A DNA stretch of 64,000 nucleotides from Octopus sinensis (lineage: Eukaryota). The DNA lies in contig NC_043015.1 in NCBI RefSeq assembly GCF_006345805.1, positions 30,318,001-30,382,000 of the forward strand. Reading direction: 5' to 3'. Below are positions 13,264 through 27,851 of the stretch, in pieces. Below the pieces are notes generated by a model. The model ran no database searches. It was not told where the DNA came from and saw only the letters and a program-made list of their open reading frames with translations. A program made the position numbers and the translations under genes. Positions within the stretch are counted from its first letter, which is position 1. The number at the start of each line of letters is the position of its first letter.

Positions 13264-14711
13264 GGTCTAAACTTTATTACTGTAGAGCAAATCTGTGAGC
13301 TAAAGGTGGGTGGGTTGGAGAATTGGTGTGAAGGTAGAAGGTGAAGGAATAGGGGATGTTTTAAAAGAGATATTAAGCCAGAACTTTTGCAATATGTATA
13401 CTTGTGTATTTAGTCATCCTGAATTTCTTTTATCTCAGAAGTGGCATTTTTAAGTGGTTAAAATGCTTGTTCTACTCTTATTGTGCATATACTGTGGATG
13501 TTATCAAATAAGTCACTTCAATTGTCTCCTCAGATAAGATAATTGAACTCAAACTAACCCACAGCATGAACTTATTCCTCCCTCCTTCATGATTGATTAG
13601 CTGAAATTAGACATGATTAAGTGTTGATAAATATATTACTATTTGAGGATAGGTTATTTTAACTTTTATTGATAAGTTAGCATAAAACATTCGATCGCTT
13701 ATAGTCAAATCGTTCACTACCCTGATATTGCACACATGTCACGCCATACAATAATTCGTACTCTTACCTCACTATGTCACAGTTCAAATGTCACTGTGTC
13801 ATAGTTCGAAATCTTCCTGTTTAATTAGTTTTCAGTGATGAAGCGAGTTAACCCTACTCATCATCATCATCATCGTTTAGCGTCCGCTTTCCATGCTAGC
13901 ATGGGTTGGATGGTTCAACTGGGGTCTGGGAAGCCAGAAGGCTGCACCAGGCCCAGTCTGATATGGCAATGTTTCTACGGCTGGATGCCCTTCCTAAGGC
14001 CAAACATATTTTCATCCCAAACTTTTGCATATCCGTATGTGCATATCCAAAATATTGGTTGCCAGGAGATTAAAGGGGGGCCCACCCACAGCCACAATGC
14101 TATCATTTAATTTAATTTTTTTTTTTTTTTTGTTAAAAGTATTCTTTTCAACTGTCTACAAACATAGGTGGCTATGAAGAAAAGGTATAGCCACCTGGGT
14201 TTAATTAAAATATCCCTATTTTTGTTGTTGATTAGTTGCAGGTCAGTCCTGATCAAGAAGACTTATAATCAAAAGGTGTCCCAACCATGACAACCCCCAC
14301 TCTCCTTTTTAACAACATAATGTATCCAGAGTCCCATTATGAATTGTGTCATGCCTTATTTAAATTGGTAGTGTGTGATCTGAAGAAGATATGGCTGCTA
14401 TTTTCAGCAGATCAAGCGAGTGCATAAGTGGTTCCCTTATTAGCTCGTGTTTTTCTTTTGGCTGTCTTTAATTTTCTTTCTCTGTGTTGTTTACATCAAT
14501 ATATTTGGCATTTTCGGATATTACTGTCAAAATATATTTGACTTTTATAGTTCACTGCTTCTTTATTGACACATACAGCTGTCTCCTCTTATCATACTTG
14601 AAGACTACTCACAGAAGCTTGTTTTGTCTCTATCTGATGCAGTGGTTCACTAAAGAACAGCTGTTTATAGTTAGTTTCTACTTGGATCTTTTTTTTCTTT
14701 TCATAAGTTAG

Positions 14712-14850
14712 TGTCAGAGAAAGGGGTGGTGCAGTGCCCTTGATTTTGCGGTAATCCCTCCCTCCCACATAAAGGAGACTGATGTGACCTACGTTCATCA
14801 TGAAGACCTTCGTGTGAATGTCTGCAAGAACTATGTTGACAATATCCTTG
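14712..14850 (+). CDS. Penultimate coding exon (CQRKGWCSALDFAVIPPSHIKETDVTYVHHEDLRVNVCKNYVDNIL + 1 nt)
   Basis: Long T-tract then ttag| acceptor, donor G|gtttgt. 139 nt, open, phase 0 to phase 1, compatible with both neighbouring exons. Confidence 0.8.
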
Positions 14851-15602
14851 GTTTGTTTCTTTTTCAGTAAAGCCACAGTATACCTGCTTTTAAATTATAA
14901 TCTTTTTGTTTAGTATGGTACTTCCTGGTTTGTCTGCCCCTCAATTTCTATCTGATAATATTGGTTTCAAATTTTGGCTCAAGGCCAGCAATTTGGGGGA
15001 GGGATTAATTGATTACATCATCCCCAGTATTCAACTGGTACTTTTTTTATCTACTGCAAAAGGATGAAAGGCAAAGTCGATCTTGGAGGTATTTGTACTC
15101 AGAATGTAAAGACAGATGAAATACTGCTAAACATTTTGACCAGTATGCTAGCAATTCTGTCAGCGCATTGGTTTCTCCTCTGACTAGGCAAAAGGAAATG
15201 AAGGAGTTTTCTGATTTGTTTTTCTTTTTGTTTGAGATAGATAGAGACCGACTGATTGCCTATTTTTAATCATTGTCAAAATATAGGGAAGGTGAAATTG
15301 ACTCTCATATGATTTGAACTTACAATAAAAAAGGAAGAAATTTGATACAATTAGAAGCAGTGACCACCTTATTTCACAACACTATCAATGTCATCAACTG
15401 GAGCCTCTACTACACAAAACTGGAGTGTAGAATTTGGTGGGTGGAAAAATTCTGTGCTAAAATATATTGTGTGTGTGTTGGGGAGGGATGTATGCTACTA
15501 TCTATGTATGTGTATCTGTCTACCTACCTACCTACCCTCCTATATGTGTATCTTTCATCAATGAATATCAATCAAGAATGTAAATCTTGTCAAGAAAACA
15601 CA

Positions 15603-15990
15603 AGCACAGATGTGGCTCTGTGGTAAGAAGCTTATTTCTCAAACACATGGTTCTGGGTTCAGTCCCACTGCTTGTCACCTTGGGCAAGTGTCTTCTGCTA
15701 TAGCCTTTGGCTGACCAAAGCTTTGTGAGTGGATTTGGTAGATGGAAACAGAAGGAAGCCTATTGTGAGTGTGTCTTTGTGTCTGTGTTTGTCTTTCCCC
15801 CAATGCTTGACAACCAGTGTTAGTGTGTTTACGTCCCTGTAACTTAGTGGTTCAGCAAAAGAGACCGATAGAATAAATACCAGGCTTAAAAAAAAGTAAG
15901 TACTGGGGTTGATTCATTCGACTAAAATTCTTCAAGACAGTGCTCCAGTATGGCCACAATCTAATGACTGAAACAAGTGAAAGAGTAAAA
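15603..15990 (+). mobile_element. SINE family A (older copy) in the last intron
   Basis: Same motifs with CpG decay. Ends about 60 nt before the terminal-exon acceptor. Confidence 0.85.
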
Positions 15991-16049
15991 GAATAAGATA
16001 CTAAAAACCTGGTGCTTCTCAAATGAAGTCTTTTGTGGCATTTGCTCAG

Positions 16050-16138
16050 CACCGAATTACAGCCGTTCCCCTTGTCACACTTTCTATCAGAAGTGCAATG
16101 AACCATTGACTGATCTGCTGAAAACCTGTAACTTATGA
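16050..16138 (+). CDS. Terminal coding exon (APNYSRSPCHTFYQKCNEPLTDLLKTCNL*)
   Basis: Acceptor tttgctcag|. Phase-1 start completes codon G|CA and the frame is open to TGA at 16136-16138. Poly(A) signals follow. Confidence 0.8.
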
Positions 16139-16171
16139 CCTTATTGTTCGTTAATTGTGATATAAAATACA

Positions 16172-16186
16172 AATAAAATGAATAAA
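16172..16186 (+). terminator. Tandem polyadenylation signals of the + strand gene
   Basis: AATAAA at 16172-16177 and 16181-16186, 34-43 nt after the stop codon. Confidence 0.6.
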
Positions 16187-16436
16187 TGTTCCATTTCCTC
16201 TAAAACACAAATTCACCTGAAGGTAAAGGTTAAAGGTTAGAGATAATTCTATCAGAGAATGATTATTCTTGTTATGGCCTCTATAATGACCACATTTTTA
16301 TATCTGGATCCTTTATTATCAATTATTACCATGGTGTGACTTCCTTATTTTTATTATTTCATTGTTGTTGTTGCTGTTGTTGTTATTATTATTATTATTA
16401 TCATCATCATCATTATTATTATTATTGTTATTGTTA

Positions 16437-16471
<35 letters not shown>

Positions 16472-16475
16472 GTTA

Positions 16476-16515
<40 letters not shown>

Positions 16516-17047
16516 TGAGTGAGAGAGCAGCACATGCCATCAAAGTAACACTGGATTAAAATATACGAAGCCCAATATACCCACCATGACTACCCCATCT
16601 GATAAGAGCACATGCATCACAACCATGTGTGCAAAATGGTGATATTATATCAAGATAAACAGAGCATGACTTTGCAGGTGGGGCCCAGTTAGAATTTTCT
16701 TCAGGCTGAGTAGCCCATCCTGCTCAAAAGTTCCCTGAATAAGGTTTGTTTAAGGATGATGAACAAAACACCCATGTTACCAGAGGTGAATTGTTCAAAT
16801 CCCAAAGAATTCCTCTCTACATATGGCTATAATGCTCCCCCACTACTTCTGCTCATGATCAGAGTTGCACATATCATCAGCTACTAAGGTTAAGGTCAAG
16901 CAACTGACAAGCAAATCTGTGGTATTGAACAGAATATTTGCCGTAGCCCATCTTTTATACCAAGACAAAACAGTGTACATGATACCAATTCCAATCAGTT
17001 AAGATCAGGAGCCATGTGAGCCACTGCCTAGTACTGCATCAGGGCAT
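16516..17047. mobile_element. Interspersed element of about 530 bp inserted in a (TTA)n microsatellite; possibly Dong/R4-related
   Basis: Complex sequence bounded on both sides by (ATT)n. The family assignment is inference only. Confidence 0.5.
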
Positions 17048-17413
17048 TTATTATTATTATTATTATTATATTATTATTATTAATTAAACCTGATTGGTAT
17101 TAACACTCATTTATGTGAAGAGAAATATATCCATACACATAAACAGAAAAAGAGAGCGGGGAGAGACAGAAAAACATTAAGATGTCTGAGGTCAAATAAG
17201 TCTGCGTTGAATCAGTGACGCCAAATAGGTGAGGGCAAAACAGCTGTGCCAAAGCATCTCATAACCAGATCAACCTGGGGGGGGGGGGGTTAAGCTCCAA
17301 CAAACAACTGTGAAACAACGGATTTACTGGTTCCATCCATGAGAAGGTGAAGGTGAAGGACTGTTGTATATTGCTTAAGATCACATATCAATTTATGTAA
17401 TAGGCTTTGGCTG

Positions 17414-17458
17414 ATCATCATCATCATCATCACCATCATCATCATCACCATCATTATC

Positions 17459-17489
<31 letters not shown>

Positions 17490-17610
17490 CCATCACCACC
17501 ATCATCACCATCATCATCATCATCGTCACCACCATCATCACCATCATCATCACCATCATCACCACCATCATCATCACCATCACAATCATCATCATCATCA
17601 CCAACACCAC

Positions 17611-17651
<41 letters not shown>
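17414..17651. repeat. (CAT/CAC)n microsatellite
   Basis: Direct reading. Source of the poly-His and poly-Met ORFs. Confidence 0.95.
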
Positions 17652-17925
17652 CTTTTCTGTCCACTTTTCCAAGCTGTCTTGGAGGCAGCGTTTTACAGCT
17701 GGATGGGCTTCTCGATGCCGACCACTTTTGCTGCAGCCTCTTATGACATGCATGTTTTCCAGTTCAGTGTGTGTCCAGCAATTTAAAAGACGGCTGAGGT
17801 GAAAGGTTAAAAGCTGTAGTTGTGCTTATCAACTATAATTATTTTAGAGATGCACCCTCTAATGACCAGGTTCTCAAGCATTCAGCGATGTGACGTGAAT
17901 GGTTCAATACTGGCTCACTGTGCTG

Positions 17926-17971
<46 letters not shown>

Positions 17972-18195
17972 AGAGCTGTCTCATTCACTTGGAATCATTC
18001 AGTTGTCAAAATAATCTACATATCATTTCAGAATATATGCCACTCTCCGACTTCTCCTCTTCCCCCTTCAACTTCTTTTCTCTTTTCCCCCCAACATCAT
18101 CATCATCATCATCATCAACAACATGAGCAGCAGCATTCATCCTCTTTTCCTTTTGTTTGATTGCTTTTCTTCTCTCATCATTTATGCTGCTGCTG

Positions 18196-18228
<33 letters not shown>

Positions 18229-18542
18229 TGACAACCAATACCACCACCGCCACCACCACTACAGCCATCTCTACAACTACTACCAATATAGCTACCACCA
18301 CCACCACCACTATCTCTCTCGCTGCTACCATTACCATAACCCCAACCACCACTACAACTCAAACCAAGGAAATATTTCTGTCTTTGACACTCTTTATTAA
18401 ATGACTTCTATTGTTTTGTCTGGGAATATTACCAAAATCTCTCCCCCATGTCTCTTTCAATCTCTCTCTTTGTCTGGCAACCTCCATTTCTCTCTATCTC
18501 TCTTCCTCTCTCAATTTTCTGTTCTCTCTCTCTCTCTCTCCA

Positions 18543-18941
<399 letters not shown>

Positions 18942-19012
18942 ATCTTTCAATATCTCTCTCTATCATTTTCTATCTACCCCACGCTCAGTCACTCTCTATT
19001 ACCCTTTCTACC

Positions 19013-19048
<36 letters not shown>

Positions 19049-19292
19049 TTCTCTCTTTCACTCCGTCTGCCCATTCCAATATTCAAGTTATTTTCTGACT
19101 TTACCAAATGAGACTGAATGGAATTTTCACACTTGAAGACTACTGATATATTCACTGAAGTGGAGCAGAAGTTGGTCACTGTCTTTGAAGAAACATTATT
19201 AAGTCTCCAAGAGTCTTATGCACATTTATTCAGAAACTACAACACCATGGGAAATTATTGGGGTTAAGTGTTGGTGAAGTGGACAGGTAGTG

Positions 19293-19337
<45 letters not shown>

Positions 19338-19505
19338 TTATACACACAAGTATATGTAGTTGCTCATACATATACATACACTCAGAAATATACTCTAATA
19401 CACATAAACACTAATATACAATGCAGTCATTTACATACACAGGTATATATCCAGAAATATACTCACGAACAGACATGCACACAGATAACACTTAGATCAA
19501 TACAT

Positions 19506-19896
19506 AGGCGCAGGAGTGGCTGTGGCTGTGTGGTAAGTAGCTTGTTTAACAACCATGTGGTTCTGGGTTCAGTCCCATTGCATGGCACCTTGGGCAGGTG
19601 TCTTCTACTATTGCCTTGGGCCAATCAAAGCCTTGTGAGTGGATTTGGTAGGCAGAAACTGAAAGAAGCCCATCATGTGTGTGTGTGTATGTTTGTGTGT
19701 CTGTCTGTGTTTGTCCCCCCAACATCACTTGACAACTGATGCTGGTGTCTTTACATCCCTGTAACTTAGCGGTTCAGCAAAAGTGGCTGATAGAATAAAT
19801 ACTAGGCTACAAAGAATAAGTCCTGGGATTGATTTGCTCGACTAAAGGCAGTGCTCCAGCATGGTCACAGTCAAATGACTGAGACAAGTAAAAGAA
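19506..19896 (+). mobile_element. SINE family A
   Basis: Same motifs. Confidence 0.9.
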
Positions 19897-21280
19897 TATA
19901 TATATATAGTGTCAGTTATACAAAACATGCTATAATGATTAGGATTTGAATTGAGGCATGTGAAGTGCTTAAGTTTGTTGAATAGATAACTCAACACAGT
20001 GTTTCTAAAAGCAGGGATCATGTCCCCATTGATGTATTTTGGTGGGTCATGGGTTACTTCAGAAAAAAAACTTCTTTTGAACACACATATATATAATCAG
20101 TCAGTAGTTCATAAATCTGTAAAGAAACACACTCTAAAATATTAGAGCAGTGATATTTAGAAGGTTGTTTGTTAAGGATAGTCAAAGAGTGACCATTAGT
20201 TTTGCACCAATAAAGCTCTTAGCTATATAGGCAACTCTTTGGTCAGAGGCACATAATCTCTCTACAACTGGAGGAAGGAAAACATCTTGGTCATTTTTTG
20301 TTTACAACCTTAACAGACCAAAATGTTTTTCTTCCTATAGTTGTTGATAGGTTATGTAACTTCAGCCAATGTATCTGACAAGTTACCCATACAGCTAAAC
20401 CAATGTCCACTCTCTAACAAACAACCTTTGATGTGTGTGTATACATACACACACACATACTTTGTTCATTCATGATAGGATGTATGTTTTCTTGGTTGGG
20501 GTGGGAATCAAAGTGGGACCTTAGACAGAAAAGATTAAGACACACTAACCAACTCACCGACATAACTTGATTTGATTTTGAACCCATCTTGAACAGGTAT
20601 ACTCGTCCACAGTTTCAGTTTGACCTGCTCTCAATTTGACAAAAACTGTGTGGAAGCCTTTCTGATGGGTTGCACACATTTTTTAGTGTTAGACTTAATA
20701 CCTAGTTTGAAACCATGACCTTGCCCTTAAGTGCCTATTCCAGAGTTCACCCTGTTGCAACCCAAACCATCAGAGGAACTGAGCACAAAATCATAATGTG
20801 TTGTAATGGTTGTTACTACCTCTTTTTCTCCCCCAACCTTTCTTGGAATTCCTGCAAAACATCATGTCTTCTGTCCTTCCTTCCTTGGCATGAAAATAAT
20901 TAAAATATGCATTTATCAAAATATCTGTTTCTTCATAACTGACGACAAAAGAAGAAAAAAAAACTTAGAGGAAAAAGACTATTAATTACAGTTTATGGCT
21001 TTATCTCAGTAAACGTCAGTCTTTCTGATATCCAGTTTTTAACGCTAACTTCTTTTTATTGTCTCTTAGTCTCAACATTATTTTTACCCATTAAATAGAC
21101 AAGCAGACATCTGTGCATGGTTTCTTTTTATTAAATGTAGTGGAAGACACTGATATACAGTTGTTTGGCAGAAATAGGCTTGAGCTGCTAAAGCATTATG
21201 GTTAAGATGTTTTACAACAAAACAGTTTGGCATACTGATATCAACTTTATAGTTGGCATTGTTGTTGTTGTTTAGCCCAT

Positions 21281-21665
21281 ACTCTTTTACTCTTTTACTT
21301 GTTTCAGTCATTTGACTGCGGCCATGCTGGAGCACCGCCCTTAGTTGAGCAAATCGACCCCAGGACTTATTTTTTGTTAGCCTAGTACTTATTCTATCGG
21401 TTCTCTTTTGCCAAACCGCTAAGTTACAGGGACGTAAACACACCAGCATCGGTTGTCAAGTGATGTTGGGGGGGACAAACATAAACATACAAACATATAT
21501 ACGACAGGCTTCTTTCAGTTTCTGTCTACCAAATCCACTCACAAGGCTTTGGTCGGCCCGAGGCTATAGTAGAAGACACTTGCTCAAGGTGCTGTGCAGT
21601 GGGACTGAACCCGGAACTATGTGGTTTATAAGCAAGCTACTTACCACACAGCCACTCCTACGCCC
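21281..21665 (-). mobile_element. SINE family A
   Basis: Reverse-complement copy. Confidence 0.9.
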
Positions 21666-22897
21666 ATGTATAAATTTATTTAGACATGGGGCTAAACAAT
21701 CTGCTCAATTTATTTGAGCAGATTTATAATCAAAGATATTCCAGCTATGACCATCCCATATTTTTCCCATGCGCATAAGCCTCCAAGACTATATTTTCAA
21801 CATATCATTTCTTAAGATGATAGAGTATGATGTGAAGAAGATTTGGCTGCTATTTCTAGCAGACTGAGTTACTACTTATTGGTTTGTCAAGTTGTTTGTT
21901 CTTAAGTGTTAGATAAGCTCCAAACAAAGACAAAGTTCCAATTACCATAAATGCTTGAAATCTCATCTGTTTCTCATAAAAATTGTACTGTAAAGACTGA
22001 GTTAGCTTTGATAGGATTTAAAGCTATGTTACTTAACAGTCTTTTGTTGCCATAACCCCTCCTACTATTTTAGTATATAATTCACAGCTTGGTCATACTA
22101 CTTCACAGAGTGAAAGAGGAATGTTTTATCATGGGACATAATTGGCATATACTGGTGACTGAGAATATTTAGTAATTTTTTGCGAAACACAGCTAAGAGG
22201 AGACTGAATCTGGAGAGGAAGTTTCTTGCTTAAGGTCACATCTTGGACAGAGAGTAGGTTAGAGAATTCAGGGTCTCCTTTGTGGATATGTCTAGAGTTG
22301 TTAACTAAAAATAGAAGTGAGCTACCTTAACTTCGATATATTTAAATGTATTGCTTGCAATTTTTAATGAAAATGGTATTAGATACTATAATAACTAATT
22401 TAAAACTGAAAAGGCAAAAGGGAGAAAAGACTACTCTCAAAGACCTGGAACCTCATATCTATTACTTGTTAGATGATCTAGTAACTATTCCATTACTGTA
22501 CCACCATAGGTTAACTTTGCCTTTCATCCTTTCAGGATCATTATAAAGGTAACTCTCCAAGACAATAGATTGGCAGAACTGTAAGAACATTACATTAAAC
22601 GTATTGTAGTATATGTTCTAGTTCTGTGCATTCTGTGTTCAAATCCTATATTGTTTTACTTGGGTGATAGACTTAATCCATCACCTGATTTAATACCACT
22701 ACCTGGTCCTTAGGTGCCTCTTTTCCTATCACCAGTATTGGAAGTACTTAAATAGGCCATTGGTGCTACCCTTTCTCCTTAATTCCTTAAAAAAATAAAA
22801 TGGTATTTTTGTTGGTCCTGCTTTCCAATTTTCCATCCCACCACCTTCTGTGTAATCATCTGGTGTACTGTAACTGTCACGGACCACAGACATCTAG

Positions 22898-23242
22898 GGT
22901 CAAGGGTGAAGACCTCCTTCAGTCATGAAGGACCATGGGATTGCATCTAGAAAGGTACCTTCCAAGGCACAAGTCCGGGCAAGGTTGTTTATGGAAGACC
23001 AGCAGTCGCCCATGCATACCAGCCTCCCCTCTCTATGTCGCCAATGTTATCCAAGGCAAAGGCAAAGGTTGATACAGCTTGGCACCAGTGATGTTGCGAC
23101 TCATTTCTACAACTAAGTAAACTGGAGCAATGTGAAATGAAGAGACTTGCTCAAGAACACAACACACAGTCTGGCCTGGGAATCAAACTCATTACCTCAT
23201 GATCCTCAGCCCAACACTCTAACCACTAAGCCATGTGCCTTC
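22898..23242 (-). mobile_element. SINE family D (tRNA-derived)
   Basis: The - strand reads TGGCTTAGTGG (A-box), GTTTGATTCCC (B-box) and TGTTCTTGAGCAAG core. TSD ACATCTAG at 22890-22897 and 23243-23250. Relics at about 2285-2420, 23310-23430 and 40880-41000. Confidence 0.8.
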
Positions 23243-24247
23243 ACATCTAGCATTTATAAAATTTAGGACTAATATCTATTATTTACCATTCTGCAGTAGA
23301 TGCAACTCAGTCTTAGTTGAGTGGGCTGGGGCAATAAAAAATGAAGTTCTTTGTCCAAGAACACAATATGTTGCTTGGTCCAGGAATCAAACCCACGACC
23401 TTACAAACATTACCCAACAGTCTAACTTCTATATCATACAATTTGACCTTCTACATGGTTTGATATAAAAATTCTATTTGGGACAGGACACTGGGGGCAA
23501 AAACTGACAACAGCCATTGAGAGAATTTTGAAATCATTGCACAGTATGAAAGGGTTTTGGAATGTAATATAATGCTTCAAGACATATGATTCTTTCTGCT
23601 GTCTTTTAAAAAAAAGTTCCTTCAAACTTTGCTGCTGTATCGCGTTGGGAATAATGTTTCCTATTTTCATATTCTATAAACATTGACAGATGGAGTGACA
23701 CTTTTGGTAATGTGTGAAATGAGTGTGTGTGTGTGAGTGTAAGTGTATGCATATGTGTGAAGCAAAGGAGGTAGTGGTGGTGGTGGTGGTGGTGGTGGTG
23801 GGGAGATTGTTATGTCACAAATCTAAGCCTCTTGAGAAAGGCCATTGAAAAAAAGCTTCTGTCAGCTGTTACAACAGCTAGAATATCTGATAGGTCAATC
23901 ATATGAGTGGTGCCAATCTAAAAGGGTAGGAGTATGGGGTGGGGGGCAGTGGAGGTGGTGGTGGTGGGGGGGGGAGAAATGGAAATGCTGATGTTGATAA
24001 TGTTTGTGGTGATGATGATAGTAGAAGGGTGATGGTAATGTTAACATTGATGATGGTAGTGATGGTGATGGTATTGATGGTGATAGCAATTGTGCTTGTG
24101 ATAGTGATGATGATGGTGGTGGTGGAATAGTGATGGCAATGTTGTTCTTGCTGGAGGTGGTTGTGATGATGGTGAACCCATGATGTTGTTGCTGCTTTCT
24201 TGTGGTAGTGAAGTTTCTTGTAATGGAAAAAAATGATGGTAATGTTG

Positions 24248-24279
<32 letters not shown>

Positions 24280-24633
24280 GTGGTGGTGGTAGAAGGATGT
24301 TGGCAATATTGTTCATGTTAATGGAGGGGATGGTGATGATGGTGGAAAGGGTGTTGCTGCTTGATTGTGGTAGTGATGATGGTGATGTTGATGGTGGTGG
24401 TGGTGGTGGTGTTGATGTTGGCGGTGGTGGTGATGGTGATGGCAATGTTTGTGCTGCTGTTTAACTTCAAGTCAGCCCTGATTGACACAAACTTATGGCT
24501 GCGTGTTTGAGAAGCTTACCTGGTCTCAGGTTCAATCCCATTGTGCAGCGCCTTGGACAAGTTTCTTCTACCATAACCCTGGGCCAACCAAAACTTTGTG
24601 AGTGCATTTGATAGATAGAAATTAAAGAAATCT

Positions 24634-24671
<38 letters not shown>

Positions 24672-25747
24672 TGTGTGCATGCGTACATGCATGCATGTGT
24701 GTGTAGATAGATTGACCTATTGATAGATATGTATGTATATATGTGTGTATGTACCCTTATCTTGATATCACATGGTCATTGTAAATAAACATAAGTGTTA
24801 TATATACAAGCAATGTAGTTCTTTTTAAGTCTTCTCTGGTCATGGGGATATATTACCTTACTTGGAAACAGGTGAGGGTTGGCAACAGGAAGGGCATCAG
24901 GCCATAGAAAATATCCCTCAACAAATTCTGCCTGGACCCTGTAAGCATGGAAAAGTGGACATTAAATGATAATGATGATGATTATGCTCGGTATACTGTA
25001 TGCTAGGTACTGATCATGTTGTTTAGCCCCAGGTCAACACTAACTATGCACTGGCAGTCATTCAAACATTGGCTAGAACACTTTATCGTATTTGTTCCAA
25101 TTCACTGTGTGTTGAGTTCAAATCCTGCCAAGGTCGACTTTGTCATCATCCTTTTGGAGTTAAATATAAAAAGTACCAATACACAGTGATAGATTGGTGG
25201 AAATACAAGAACACAGGATTAGATGCTTAGCAGCATTTGTTCTGGCTCTTTGTCTTCTGGGTTCAAATTTCACCCCAAACCTGCTTTTTTTTGGTAGACT
25301 TTATTTGTTTCTCAGTTCAACAACACTACCTGATATCTTGGGTGACTTTAGTGAAGTCCACTTTGCTACAAACATTCAGGTCAGATCTGTGGTTTGAGAA
25401 AACCTCCCTCCCTTCCTGCTCTCCCTCCCACTAGTCTTAGAGGCTCTGTAAAAGGTCATGAGCACTGCCATTCTTTCTCTGACTAAAAGATGTAAAAAAA
25501 ATAGAAAGACCTAAGCAGACCCATGATCAAAATGTGCTTTACCTATGAACATCCTGCCTTTTATTTAGACATAATGTTTCTGGGAGTTCATTATTCGATG
25601 TGTCCTTCCACTTTATAAGATTGGTAGTGTGATATAAGAATATATTAAGCTGCTATTTTTGGCTGATTGGGTTATTGCATAGTGACTCTTGGCATGGTCA
25701 CCGAGGTGGCTGGGTGGCTGGTTGACAGGTTGATTGCTTGACTAGCA

Positions 25748-25972
25748 GAAAGCAAGCTGGCAGTAACGTTAGCACACCAGGCGAAATGCGTATTTTGTCT
25801 GCTGTTATGTTCTGAGTTCAAATTCCACCGAGGTCGACTTTGCCTTGCAGCCTTTTGGGGGTCGATTAAATAAGTACCAGTTACGCACTGGAGTCAATAT
25901 AATCGACTTAATCCGTTTGTCTGTCCTTGTTTGTCCTCTCTGTGTTTAGCCCCTTGTGGGTAGTAAAGAAAC
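25748..25972 (+). mobile_element. SINE family B monomer
   Basis: Same centre and tail as 5511. Other monomers or fragments at about 14960-15170(-), 42925-43127(-), 51841-51978(+) and 62296-62434(+). Confidence 0.9.
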
Positions 25973-26145
25973 AAGTTGATTGCTTGGCTGGTCAGTTGGC
26001 TGACTGGTTGGCTGGTTGGCTGGTTGACTGGTTGGTTGGTTGGTTGGTTGGTTAGTATGTTGGTTAGGTCAGCAGCAGTTTGTATCTACCCTTAACCTCC
26101 AGGTTTCTAACAGTTTCAGAAAAAGAGAATGAGAGAAAAAGAAAA

Positions 26146-26189
<44 letters not shown>

Positions 26190-26318
26190 TATATATAACA
26201 AAATTGAAGGTAAAATAAAACAGTAATTAAAAGCCAAATCAAAATACATCTACACACACATGTACACACACACGTACACACACACACACACGCACATACA
26301 CACACACTCACACTCACA

Positions 26319-26358
<40 letters not shown>

Positions 26359-27062
26359 ACGTTCACAGTAAAAGAATCCATTGTTTTAACAAAACAGTTT
26401 TAATGTTGTTGAGATTTGAAATATCAAAACATTCATGTCACTTGCAGAAATCAAATTATTGAACAAAGGTCCTCTACCTTCCACCTTTCCTAATTATTTT
26501 CCTTCATGATTTATACATTTACAGTATAATGCAAGATTGTTATTTATTTCTAACCTTCTTCTATTTTTTTTTTCTACTGTTTTATAATTCATTTTCCCAT
26601 TATTCCTACAATATACTTCACTGTTTTTTCTTCATTAAAATTTTTTTTTTCTTTTCACCTTCTCTGATGTATTTCTCTTTGCGAAATTTGTACATTTTTT
26701 GCGTGGGAATTGTAAAAACAACTGGTCTAACAGCTGGTGTCAGGGAGAACACCAACTATGTGAACCTGAAATGATTGTAGTGGAGAAAGGTTACTGAAGG
26801 TCGGTTGTCTGTTTTTACAGTTAGACTGTCAAAATCTATTGTGCAAAATTATTCTGGAGCAAGTATGTCTATGTTACTTGCTTAAGAACACATGGTCATT
26901 GTTACTGTCACTGCTATCTTCATTACCATTGTTGTTGCTTGGGCTTAAGTCAGCACTGAATAAGCAAGCCTTTGATCTTAGGCATTCCAGTTTACCATCC
27001 GGTTATTTTAGATATTATGACCATCCAGTTATTTTAGATATTGTGTTTCTTGGACTACACTA

Positions 27063-27320
27063 AGAGTTGCTGAAGTATGGAACAGACTGCCGGCATCAGT
27101 TGTTAGTTGTTGGAGCACTGCATCCTTCAAAACTTCCATGCTTCCTGAGATTTGCCAACACTAACCTGATTTTCTCCCCTCCATACACACGCAAGCATGT
27201 ATCTGACTCATACATTGTTCACTTCCCAGACATTTGTACATTACTGCATATGCTTTATATGCACTTTTTGACAAGTTGTGGTGCACCTGAGCACTGTATA
27301 CAATAATTTCATTATTTCAT
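27063..27320 (+). mobile_element. CR1-type LINE 3' end
   Basis: Translates RVAEVWNRLPASVVSCWSTASFKTSM, matching the CR1 ORF2 C-terminal RV..WN.LP..VV....FK motif, followed by a 3' UTR and ATT tail. Confidence 0.75.
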
Positions 27321-27478
27321 TTTATTAGCCAGTGTAGGTCTGTCCCATTTCAAGATTGAGGATTGTAATTTGGGATATATTTGGCTACTATTTTCTACAG
27401 ATTGGGTGACAATGTAAAAGTTCCCTCTCATTGATTAACACAATGCAATATTGTAACAAGTTTTGAACTCCTGTTTTT

Positions 27479-27534
<56 letters not shown>

Positions 27535-27851
27535 TGTGTGTGTGTGTTTACATCTTGCCCACTTCTACACTAAAGTTGTGATGTTTAGATGTTGTTATCA
27601 GTTTTCCTATCAACAAATCATCCACTCACTTTGCACTTTCTAAGCAATGCAGGATAAGAGATCCCCTACTAGAAAAGCAGGTAAGAGTTAGTGATGGGAA
27701 GGGCCTCCAGCTGTAAAACAGTGTCTATATCCGTGCAAATGGGTATCGAAAAATGGGTGCAAAATAAAATAAAACAATACACAACAGGCTTCTTTACTTT
27801 CTCTCTGCCAAATCCACACAACCATGCCCATAACTTAATTATCATGGTTAT

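Noticed and set aside
17290-17802. Poly-His and poly-Met ORFs
   Set aside because: Translation of (CAT)n.
19118-19267. 49-aa protein-like ORF ([25 protein letters not shown]...)
   Set aside because: Short, no convincing splice context and no recognisable motif.
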